Positions 24,745-37,093 of a stretch of 64,000 bases of DNA are shown one piece after another. The notes below the pieces were generated by a model, which had not been told where the DNA came from, searched no databases, and worked only from the letters and a program-made list of their open reading frames with translations. Location of the stretch: NCBI GenBank assembly GCA_033442325.1, contig JAWQFM010000013.1, positions 612,338 to 676,337 on the forward strand, in the 5' to 3' direction. How positions within the stretch are numbered: position 1 is the first letter of the stretch; the number at the start of each line of letters is the position of its first letter. Both the position numbers and the translations under genes were made by a program. The stretch is from Salpingoeca rosetta. Taxonomy: Eukaryota; Protista; Choanoflagellata.

Positions 24745-25265
24745 ATCTGGGTGGTGTGGTTTGGCGCTTGGCTGTAGTTTTTGGCGGCTGGTGTTGCTGG
24801 TTGCTGCCGAAGCGTTTGCTTCCCTTTGCTGAGAGGTACGATGACTGATAATGAGTGAAGTGACCTGTGATTGATGTAGACTTGTTCCCAAATCGTGCAG
24901 GTGTGTGTGTGTGTGTTGTGTATCTCCCCAAATAAATTGATCACACAACAAGTGCGTGGTTGGCGTGCGTGCAGCGGTGGATGCGGATGCGCAAGCGGGA
25001 TTGGTGAAAGGACGGTAGCTGATGGGGGAGTTTAATTGGTGGATGAACGCGTGCTGAAAACAACAACAAGTTGGCAGGATGAATGAACACATGCACTGGT
25101 GTGATGGTGCGCCAGCGGCAGAATGGAACATCCACCAACAGCACAACAAAAGCAAGGAAAAAACAAAAAACAAAAACAAAAAACAAACAACGAAACCCGA
25201 AACAGAAGCAGGGAGAGGGGAGGGGACGTGTATCGTGGATGGTGATGGTGTGCCTTCGGCTGCGG

Positions 25266-25367
25266 CTACACGGGGTTGTGGCAGAAGGGGCAGAAGTTGT
25301 GGCGGGAGATTTCACCCGCAGATGCGCGGTGCTTGCACTGAGGGCAGATCCAATACTGTGTGACGTG

Positions 25368-25400
<33 letters not shown>

Positions 25401-27610
25401 CGAGCGAGTGAGTGAATATGTGCGGGCGAATGGGTGTGTGCGAATGAGTGCGGGTGATTCGATTAGATGAAAGTGGAGGCGCAAGAAAGCAGATCAGCAT
25501 GTGCAAAGATGAAGGAAATGAAATGATGAGGAAACGAACCTCGAGATCAACCATGGAACGGCCAGAGGCGATTGAGGGGAGGAAGTTGAACGAGCAGCTT
25601 GCACACGATGTTGCCCTGTTGGTGGGGATGATGAGTCATGAAATGTAAGCAAGTGCACGATATCATGTCGCGGTGTCAAAGGTGAGGGGACAGAGCAAGA
25701 GTAAAATCACAACAAGCGGACAGGTCACTTGCTTCGCGACCGACATGACCATCGCCATGCATCCACACGTTCGTCATCATCATCACAACCACCCCCACCA
25801 CCAGCAGCATGCATCCACACGTTCGTCATCATCACCATCATCATCACCAGCACCAGCACCATCATCATCACCAGCACCACGACCACCTCCTTCACCACCA
25901 ATTGCGCACCAGTCTGGGTTCTCCTCTTCGCAGTTGGTGCAAGTGATGGTGCCGGCAGCAACGTCCTTGGGCGGGTGCTTTGAGAACAGGTCAATGGCAA
26001 GCGACTACAGCGGGGAAACATGGAGTAAGAGGAATGTGTGAGGCGCTGAGAATGATGAACGGTTGTTGGGAGAGCTGCAAGAAGAGCAAACGCTCAGGCA
26101 AAACGCAACACACACACACACGTGCAAACGCACAAACACACAAACACACACACATGCGCAAACGCACACACATACACACACGAACAAACACACACACACA
26201 CACACACGCAAACGCACAAACACACAACAAAGCACAAAGCACAAAGCAAACCTCAATCTGCTGCCTGGTCTTGTCTTCCTCGGCGCCAAGGGACTCCATC
26301 TTGATAAACGCCTTTGAACAGAGCCCGTAGTTGTTGGTGGCGACAGCGGCAAGCGCAAGCACGCTGTACACCTGCAGTGGCGGCAAGATATCGTCGTAGT
26401 CTGACAGACGCACGGCCGTGCGAAGGGCCTCATTGTACATGCCCGCATACAGCTGGCGCTGGCTCAGCAGCAGGAAGTGGTACGCCTCAGCGCCGCGCCA
26501 CGGGTGCTCGAGCATGCGCGCGTAGCTCTGTGCACACGCGGATACAGGTACAGGGCGCAGGATGGTTGTGGGTGTGTGAATATGAGCGAGTACGAGAGAG
26601 AATGTGAGTGTGAGTGTTAGTGTGTGCATGGGTGAGCCACGTTGAGCGCAAAGTCAAATGGTAGAGTGAAGACGTGCGTGGACACAGCTCAACATGCACT
26701 TCATGCACACATGCACACGACCAAGGAAACACCATCCCCAAACAAACATCATGCAACGTCTCAGCTTGCTATTGCGTGTGCACCTCTTCAAGAGCGTCCT
26801 CCTCCAAGAGGCCTTCGAGGACAGAGCGCGTGGGGTCCGAGCCAGAGCGCTTCGACTCAATGTACTGCTCAATCTCAAGCGCGCCGAGAATGTACAGCTG
26901 CTTGCACCTGGTGAAGATGAAGGAGATACACGCCGTGTTGGTGCGCATGTGTAGGGATGAAAGAGTGAATGAGGGTGTTGAATGAGAGAGTCTGGGCGTC
27001 TTACACGAGCCATTCGTGTCAATCAAGGTGGTTGGACAAAATGAAGGAGACACACACGCAAACACATGGACACACGCATGGAAACAGGTACAGACCTGAG
27101 CGGGTTGCCCTTTGAGGAGATCTTGTCTGCGAGCTGGAAGAGGTGCTTTGCAGCATCCAGGTGGTGCTTGGCCTGGCGGTAGAGCTGTGATGATGATGAC
27201 GACGACGACGATGACGATGATGATGAAGGGGGGGGGGTTGGGAGTGAGGTTAAAATGAGCTGTAGGTGGGGCAAGGTCCGAAGCACAGGTGACGCACACA
27301 ACCACAGCGCTGGCACACACCGATTCACTCCAACACGCCGTCAAGAGTGCACACATCTGCAAACACATATCCAGATGTATGAAATTGATTGTTGGTTGTT
27401 GTATTTACCTCGATGGCCTCGACAAGCTTGTCCTTGGAGAGGAGGTGGGATGCGTACTTGGCAAGGAGGGCATCAATCTCCTTGACGTTGTGCTCGTTTG
27501 CAAGCTTGACCGCCTGATCCCATTGGTTCAACTCCACGCACACGGCAATGGCACTCTTCACCTCGCCAACCTTCACGTATGCCTTCACCGCTTGCGTGCA
27601 CAGGCCAACC

Positions 27611-27655
<45 letters not shown>

Positions 27656-28150
27656 GAGCAAGATAACGGGCCTGCAGAGAGGTCAACAAATGTGCACGTA
27701 CGCGCGCACACATACACACACAGACACAGGAGCAAACAGAAAAGAAGGTAACTCACGGATGCGAATTTCGCTGCAATGTCGCGAAGAAGCTCGTCGCCCT
27801 CTGGGAGAATGTAAATCTGTGGAGGAAAACGCAGTTGGTCACCGTTAGCGAACTGTTCTACGCACATGCACACGCACACAGACACACACACAGACACAGA
27901 CGTGTGCAAGGAGCGACTCACAAGCTCTTCCAGGCCGTGCCAGTCCTCAATGCGGTAGCAGCACTCGGCGCGGCCCTTGTAGTTGTTGCCCTGCGCGAAG
28001 AACTTGTTGGCCTAAACGAGAGCACGTGCAACGGGCAAGGGAGATGAGACGGGGAGATGGCGTGAGCAAACGACGAATCTGCTGGCAGTGTATGATCGCT
28101 TGCATCAACCCAACGCGCACCAACATGTGTGCGCACATCCACATCCACAT

Positions 28151-28183
<33 letters not shown>

Positions 28184-28538
28184 CGCACCTCAGCGTAGCG
28201 CTGGCGGTCAAAATAGTATGTGCCGATGCTGTTCCAGGCCTGGTTGAGGAGCAAGTCGTCTCCGCCGGCGCCAGACTTGATGAGCTGCACCACGCGGAAC
28301 CAGTCGCCAAGCTTCTTGCGCATCTTCAGCGCCAGGTCGGCGCGGTCCATGCCCAGGTAGATCTGCTGCGCCTCCTCAAACTTTTGAAAGTACGTGCACA
28401 CCTCCGCCTGCTGCTTCTGCTTGTCGTCGAGTTGCGTCAGGTGCAGCACAAAGTGGATGCCTTGAAGGTCCTTGCAGCGCACAAACGCCTTTTCCGCAAT
28501 GTCAAGGTCAAGCTTCGACAGCGCCTATGAACAGGGAG

Positions 28539-28628
<90 letters not shown>

Positions 28629-29130
28629 CCGTGAATGGTAACAACAGCAACGCCTGTGTCAGTTGGCTACAAATCAGCACCATCCACCACCATCACGACA
28701 TCAGCATAAGAATCATCGCACCGATTCGGCGAGGAGGCGCCAGAGGCGCGGGTGCGGGTTCTGCTCAATGTACGAGTAGGCGTCCTCAATTGTGACAGTC
28801 TCAAGCAGCGTGCGCGTGTCGCGGAGAGACTTGATCTCGTGCTGGGCGTGGCTTCCCTGTTGTCGCACGCAGCGCCATTTAGAGGGAAGGGGGAGCGGGG
28901 GGCGTACGTGTCGAGCAAAAGCAAGTGAGCTCACAATGAAAGCGCTCAAGGGCAAGGCGGAAGAAATCAGAAACGCACATGCATACGCACTTGTTTGCGC
29001 GTGCGTATGCACATACATATTGATAACGCAACACACACACACACACACACACAGACAGACAGACAAACAGACATAGACAGGCACAGACACACACACAGAC
29101 ACAGACACAGGCACACACGCACGCACACGC

Positions 29131-29197
<67 letters not shown>

Positions 29198-30502
29198 TAC
29201 AGAATGGCGGGTGCAACGTGCCTTGGTCGGCTGCTCGGGAGCGCGCATGATTTCGTCAAGGGCGACCGTCTCGACCTGCAGGTTTGAAAAGTTGCAGATG
29301 TAGGAGGAGGAGGCAATAGGCTCCTCGGGGTCGAGGTCGCGGAAGATGTACATGTACGAGCGCTCCATCATCGCAAACAGCTCCGGGTTGTCGTCCGCCC
29401 ATCGCATGTCCCACACATCCTGCACACAGGGAAAGATAGGAGGAAGGTGCGAGCGAGCGTGGGTTGGAAAAGGGGACGAGGTGAGTAAAGTGCGCAATGC
29501 ACTTTCAGGGACGCGTACAGCAATGGCTCGCAAGGAAACACACACACACACACAGAGGTGCCCAGCATGTACACATGTACTCACACACACACAGAGGCAC
29601 CCAGCATGTACACATGTACTCACACAATCACCAATCACCAATCACAAACACAAACGCACACAATCACAACAAAAACGAAAGGCAACAACACGTACGCACA
29701 CAAAACGCCATGAAAGCCCGACCTTTCGCTCAAAGGAGCTGATATGCTCGCCGTACTGGATGGCGCCCGTCTCCGGGTTGGTGCGCTTCACCTCCGGGTC
29801 AAAGAACGTCAGGATGCCGTCAATGTCAAGCACAGCCAGACGCGTGGACGTGCAGTTGAGGGACAGGCGGTCCGGGCGGCACTTGAGAATGTGCTTCATC
29901 TCCAGGTTCACCTTGGGCAGGCCGTACTGGTGCAGGGTGCCAGACTCACGCCCGACCATGAGCATGCGGTCAGAGGCGCACACGGAGCAGATGGGGTCGC
30001 GTGTCTCCAGGCGCGCCTTCTTGAACTTGCTCGGGTCCGTGTCCTTCCCGCCAGATGGGCTGTCGTCAATGTGGAAGATCTGCACAGGTTGTGTGTGTGT
30101 GTGTGAACAGAAAAGGGGTGGGGAATGAGGGAGTGGTGTTCAGGGAAAGCAAAACGCAATCACTTCACAATCATGAACAGCAGCAAACAATAGCAACCGC
30201 AGCAATACCTTCTCGTCGCGCTTCTTCGAGGCCTTTGAGTCGAGGGCACGCGTCTGCTTGTGGTGCCAGACAAAGCAGCACTCGTGCGACGCGGCAATCA
30301 CGTGTGTCGCCGTCATTGTCAGGAACGTCGGCTCAATGTCAATGTACTTGGAGTCAATCGGCGTGCCAATCGCGTTGCAAAGCGTCAGCACATACTGCCC
30401 GCTGTTTTGTGTGTGATTGTGTGTGTGTGATTGTGTGTGAGTGTGTGTGAATGTGTGTGATTGTGTGTGAGTGCGTGAGTGCGTGCGTGAGTGCGTGCGT
30501 GC

Positions 30503-30572
<70 letters not shown>

Positions 30573-30938
30573 TGAGAATGAGATGAACGTGCGCGTGTAT
30601 TGCGAGCAAAGGCACAAATAATTGCACCCCCCTCACACACGCCCGCATTTGCGAGGAGAAGCAGACCTTGAGTCGTCGGCCTTGGTGCTGAGCACACATA
30701 GCTCGCCGGCCGCCGCAATGCCAATCAAGTTTTTCACAAACTTGACTGTCACCTGCAGTAAATGCAATGGCGCGCACACATGTGGGGTCGGGGAGATTGA
30801 AGAGAATTGAGAGGTTGGTGTTTTTACCACAAACGAATCAGACAAGTGAAGACGAAAGCGAACGACAAGTGTCGCCAATGGCCACACGAGCACACTTTCG
30901 CATCCACACGTATGCGCGCGCGTGTGTGTGTGCGTGCG

Positions 30939-31009
<71 letters not shown>

Positions 31010-32666
31010 GTTGCGGTGGACGTACGCCATTGAGCTTGGTGTCCCAGAAGACAATGCAGTGCTCGGTGCGCTCGGGCTTGTTGAAGGCGTACACGACGGT
31101 GTTGTTGAAGTACCCCCAGCGATAGTCCGGCCGCACGCTCGCAAAGTACATAAAGTGGTCCTGTGCACGGGGGAGAGAGGGAGGGAGGGAGAGAGAGTGT
31201 GTGTATGTGTGTATGTGTGTGTGAGAGAGAGTGTGTGTGTGTGTGCGTGTGTGTATGTGTGTGGGTGTGTGCCCATAAAGACGTAAGATGAGGAGGTGGC
31301 GGTGAGTGGGAGAGAAGCGTACAGATATAGACAAAACGCATGCCGGGTGCACAACATACCACCGCCATCACCATCGCCAAGACCATCAGTACGCACCACG
31401 GTGAGGGCGAGCTTGAGGCCGTCCGAGTCCCAGGAGATGGAGGTGATGGTGTTGCCGGGCACCTTGAGCGTGCGCAGATGCTCGCCAAAGGGTGTGTAGA
31501 ACTGCACCGCACACGTCTGGCAGCCCGCAAACCCGCAGCAGTGGTGGCGGCGGTGGTGGTGTTGTGTTCATGCAATCGTGTGAGTGAGAGTGTGTGTGTG
31601 TGTGAGTGAGTGAGCAATGCGAGCAACAAACAACGGCACATCGCATTGCACCAACGTTGCACCGCAGTGTGCAAAAATTGTGCGCAGGCATGTGTGTGTG
31701 TGGTGTGTGAGGTGGTTATTGGGACATGACTGACCAGGCGACCGGATCCGTCGTCCGTCGGCTGCTTGCCGGCAACAGCCAGGACCGTGCCGTTGTTGTT
31801 CCACCTGGCACATTGCGCCGTCACAAACAGTGACAACGCAAACACAATGAAGGGTGAGTGAGGAGAAGCGGGCCAATGTGAGCATCAGCACGTGCGAGAG
31901 CGTGGAAGTAAACAAATATTCACAGGAACACGCGAGAATGAACTGACCAAACGAAAAAAAAAAAAAACATACTTCACGGCCATCACCACCACAACCTCCT
32001 CAACACCACACATGTCTCTGCGTGCATGTGTGCGCGCGTGTGTGTGTGTGCGCGCGTGTGTTGCATGTGTGTGCGCACGGCTGACCTTGCTGCGACAGCC
32101 TCCATCATGGAGTCGACGAGGACGGGTTTGGTGTCGCTCTCGCTGCGCATGAGCTGCATGCGGCCGGACTGGAAGCAGATGGCCAGCACAGGGCACTCCT
32201 CGTCCACATACCCAAAGTTGCCGTCATACCAGTCCATGGTCACTGCAGGCAACATGTGTGCGAGTGTTTGGTTGTGTGCGAGTGTTTGGTTGTGAGTGTG
32301 TTTGGGTTTGTGTGAGTGTGATGTTCGCTGGACGAGTTGTGACTGATTGTCTGTTTGTGAGTGAGCACCTCGTTGTCTTGTGTGTGTGTGTGTGTGTTTG
32401 CAGGCGAATTCGAGTGTTTTCTAGTGGCACACGCGCGCATCCAGTGCGCACCGAGCTTCGAGTCGCCCGTCTGCCCCTCGAGGCAGGCCAGGTCAATGCG
32501 GCTGATCGGGTTGCCCTGCAGCCGACAAAACACACGGTGATGTGGTGATATTTGGTGAGCGTTGGGATAATTGGTGGGCAGAAGTGCGTTTGTCCGTGGC
32601 AAAGCGCACACGCACACGCACGCGCACACACGCACGCACACGCACGCGCGCACACACACGCACACG

Positions 32667-32743
<77 letters not shown>

Positions 32744-33667
32744 ACACACGCGCGCGCGCGCACGCACATCCCAACACGACCCCACGCCCTTTTGCTGGAC
32801 CTTGTGGTCGTAGATGAGCACGTCGCCTGCGCCCGTGCCGAAGAGAATGACCTTGCCGTTGGGCGACCACTCCACCTGCCGCAGTGGCGTCTTCAGCTCT
32901 TTGCCCCACAGCCGGTTGCCGTCAACCCCGCCAACAATCACAGCGCCGTCCTGCAGTTGGGTGGTAAGCGTGGTGAGCATTGTGACGATTGGACAGTGTG
33001 GGTGACGAATTGTGGGATGCAAACAAATGAAGCAGTAGACCGGCTTAGACACGCTCAGGCTGGGTTGGACACGTACACAGCAGACGCTCGATAATGAACA
33101 AACACACACAACAAACACAACAATGGTTAACTTACACAAAGACGATCAACACACACACACATTTGCAGGCACACAAGCACATATGCAAGCACATAGTGTG
33201 TACCTCGTAGACGATGCAGATTTTGCCACCGTCAGAGTTCCATTTCATGTCGGTGACGACGCTCTTGTTGCGGTTGTTGATCATCTCCTCGTACCATTGG
33301 CCCTATGAGTACATGGACGTGGCAAACGTGCCATGTTAACAAGGGTGAATGACGCGCGTCAGTGTGACACAACCCATCAACAACAGAAGCGAAGCAAGAC
33401 GAACACCCGACCCTTCTTGTGTACGCTCCGAATTTGGTTGTGTGTGTGTTTTGTTTTTGTTATTGTTGTTGTTGTTGTTGTGTGTTTGCCAGCACCGTGC
33501 AACACAGCGCACCTTGTAGAGCATCCAGACGATGATGAGGCCGTACTGATCACTGGTGGTGAGCTTGCGGTAGTGCTCGTTCCACGTGATGACCTACAGA
33601 CGCATGGAAAGGGAAAGGGATAGGTGTCACGGCAAGAAGGCAAGAAAGGTCGCAGCAGCAGTTCGTG

Positions 33668-33729
<62 letters not shown>

Positions 33730-34243
33730 GCGGTTGTGTGTGTGTTCAAACGTGAGCAAGCTCCAGGACTGCTACCCTCCCCCCCCAGCCACACCTTGAC
33801 GGCGCCGTTGTGGCCTTCGAGCGTCTGGTTCATGCTGAGGTTGCTGCGGTTGTTGCCCTTCTCAGAGTCAATCTTGATGATCTTCAGGAGACCTACGGCA
33901 GAGACAAGCGGCGCAGGGAAGTACACGCACGACGGAGCGTGAGTGGCAAACGACATCAAACAGGCACCACAAAAGCCAAACAACCGATTGGACACAACAC
34001 GCACGCACACGCACACGCACACGCACGCACGCACGCACACGCACGCACGCACGCACACGCACACGAGGCTTCTTGTCTTCCCACCCCAAATTACACAGCT
34101 ACACAAACACACACACACAAGCAAAACAAACCTTCGTCGCCACCGCAGGCAATCCAGCCATACTCTCGGTTCCATGAAATGGCATCCAGCGGGATGGGGT
34201 TGGGCAAGGCAACCTTGATCTTCTTGCTCAAGTAAATGAACAT
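25266..34243 (-). CDS. WDR35: WD repeat protein 35 / IFT121 (IFT-A), many exons
   Basis: Start [35 protein letters not shown]; [15 protein letters not shown]; [11 protein letters not shown]; [12 protein letters not shown]; [18 protein letters not shown]; C-terminal CPQCKH...CPFCHNPV*. Confidence 0.97.
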
Positions 34244-34671
34244 GCTTGGTGTTGGTGTCTCCTTCGTCCCTCACCACTGCTCTCCAACTCCAACACAGCT
34301 CCTCAACTCAACTCAAAAAGAGAGTAGTGCCACCACCAGGTCCCTCTTCACAACAACAACAACAACAACAGCACCAAGCAGAGAGCAACTGTCTGCACGT
34401 CAACCGTTGTTGGCTGTTGTTGTCTGCGTTCGTCTTTGCTTGGTTTTTTGGTTGTAGATTATTGTTGGCGATTATTGTCGACCATTTTCACACAATTTTC
34501 CGTAGCGTTTTGGCCGGAAAACCAAGCGCAGCGCAAAGGAGAAGAAGAGAGAAGAGCAACACAGCAGCAGCAGAAGGGGAGGCAAACAACACCCACCCCC
34601 ACTTCATCATCGCCACCTGCCACACCCATCTCTCTTTGTCTGGTCTGGTCTGGTCTCGTTTGCAGACACGC

Positions 34672-34707
<36 letters not shown>

Positions 34708-34913
34708 AAGCAGGAAGCGAGGGCTGGAGCTGGACGAAGCAAACAGCCAGGAGAAAAGGGGGTTGGTTTTTGAATTGAAGACAGTGACAGCCGACAGCAG
34801 CGTTGCTGTGTTGCAGTTTTGCTGCTGTACGCACACAGCCTAGAGTGTTGTCCTGATTGATCGATTCCTGCAGTAGCCCGCTGTCACGCTCTACTCGACG
34901 CTGGCGCGCAGTC

Positions 34914-35050
34914 ATGGGAAACAAGGCGTCAACAGAACTCAAGCCCTTGCCAGGGGCACCACCACACCCCAACTCAGGTATGAAACCTGCTGTTGTTTGT
35001 TGTGCGTTTGTACAGTGTTGTGTGCTGGTGTGTGTGTGTGTGTGTGTGCT

Positions 35051-35095
<45 letters not shown>

Positions 35096-35868
35096 GTGTG
35101 TGTGTGTGTGTGTGTGTGTGTGCTAGTGTGCGCGCGCGTTGGTTGTGAATGTGTGTTGAACGTTGTCAACAGTGTGCGGCATTACTTTGTTGGGACGCGG
35201 ACGGGCCTGGAGTCTGGCTGCATGACGGCGCGCTCCGCAAGGAGGCGGCGGTGCTCGTAGTCAATGTCTGGTGGCGGCGCAGTCAACCACACCACACCTA
35301 GGAGTGAGTAGCCGTAAAGAGCTAAAACCTCACCGATTGGTCTCTGCTGATACTACTAGCTTCAATATGTCGAATTGAGCACCGAGTAGGCGCGGGCTCA
35401 GTGGTCCGCTTGAAACGTCCCGTTACCCAGCGCTACACTGAGACGAGCTTGCCCACGCGTTACCTGGATCGATGCCGTGCGAGTCGAATGTTGAAGGGGG
35501 TAGGGTTAGGCAGATAGTAGCTCATCGGTAAGAGAGCTGTCTTATGAGCAAGTCGGGAACAATAGTGTGAGAACATTACAACTTGCCAGGCGGATCTCAG
35601 GTGGAGCAGTAGATCTCGTTACCTCAACGATATCGATTACGATTAAGCGCATGCGAGGCAGAAGCGGACGCAGATGACTGGTCCCTCTCGTAGTGTCATG
35701 GAGAACTAGGGCGAGTTTGCCCCTATGCTCTCCGCCTACGTTTCTCATAGACTCATAGATTTAACCCCGGTCCGGCTGATAAATCAGCGGACCACTCGAT
35801 ATACTGACCATGCGTTGCACAGTTTATCATTGTGAGTCCGTCGTGTGAAATGGTCGTACTGTACTCGT

Positions 35869-35904
<36 letters not shown>

Positions 35905-36254
35905 GTCACACACACACACACACACACAAGTCACACACGTTCTCATACACACATACAATCACACACACGCACACATCGCTTACACGCACACAAATGCATA
36001 CAAAACACACGCATACACACACAACTAAACGTGCGCACAAACTGTCAACTACCCACATCCCACTCTCAACCGGCTTCATCTTCTCCCCCCCCCCCAAATG
36101 CAGTGCACGACCGATGCGAGGCAACCTGTACCGGCCTGCCTCCGTCCAACCTGTCCAGCCACAGAACATCTATATTCAGCGTGACACTGCAGGCTCGCTC
36201 GGCTTCTCCTTCTCCTCAGCGAGACGCGTGAGTGGCGCTGTCCTTACCGTACTT

Positions 36255-36315
<61 letters not shown>

Positions 36316-37061
36316 TTCATGTATGCACGTGACGTGACGTGACACACACACACAACCAAAACGTCGTTTGGTGCGTGGCTGCTGCCCGTTTGAGCGTCAC
36401 TGTATGCTTCCCGCGGCCTCCCTCCCTCCCTCCCTCCCTCCCTCTTGCGCTCACTGGAAACCCATCTACCATCCCCTTGTCGCCACTTTCCTGCTTGCCC
36501 CGCACGCACACGCACACGCACACGCACTGCGCGCTGTTCGCGGTTGCACAGACCATCCACTATGTGAGCTCGGTTGATGCTGGTGGCCCCGCGGAGAAGG
36601 CAGGGCTCTCCGTCGGCCACCACATTGTCGCCGTCAACGGCAACCTCGTCACCAACGTCTCACACGAGCAGGTACGCGCGTGTCGAGTGTGTGTGTGTGT
36701 GTGTTTGTTTGTGCGCGTGCGCGCGTGTGTGTGTGTGTTCTGAGTGTCTGTGTTTCTGTTCATCGACCTGCTCGCGCGCCTACTTGCTTGTGCATTCATA
36801 TGCGAGTGTTTGTTTCCCGTTTTCGTACTGTGGCTTCCCCCCTCCCCTCACTCTCCCCATCACCACGCCGCCAACCAACCCCACCCCCTCCAACTCTCCA
36901 TCACCGCAGGTTGTTGTGCTGCTGCAGAATGCGCCTGCGACGAAACCGCTGCAGCTGAAAGTTCTGCCGACCAACGACCGCATCCAGCGCTATCTCCGCC
37001 ACGCCGGCAGCCGCAGTCCATCCGTCCTCTACTCCCCAACTTCACCCGTCAACGTACGTGC

Positions 37062-37093
<32 letters not shown>

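Noticed and set aside
35436-35485. TPP-riboswitch-like words (CTGAGA...ACCTGGATC...GATGCC..GCG)
   Set aside because: The P2 GGG strand and P4/P5 pairing are missing, and the segment folds better as a simple hairpin.
35340-35850. Hammerhead, RNase P/MRP, SRP or U1-like motifs (CTGA/GAAA; GAAACGTCCC; CAGG..AGCAG; TTACCTGG)
   Set aside because: Only isolated short matches; no CUGANGA core, no CR-I/CR-V P4 pair, no Sm site.
35174-35866. Group II intron (GTGCG start; GAG..GTGAAA..CGTAC near the 3' end)
   Set aside because: No AGC/CGC triad in a proper domain V helix and no domain VI before the CA repeat.
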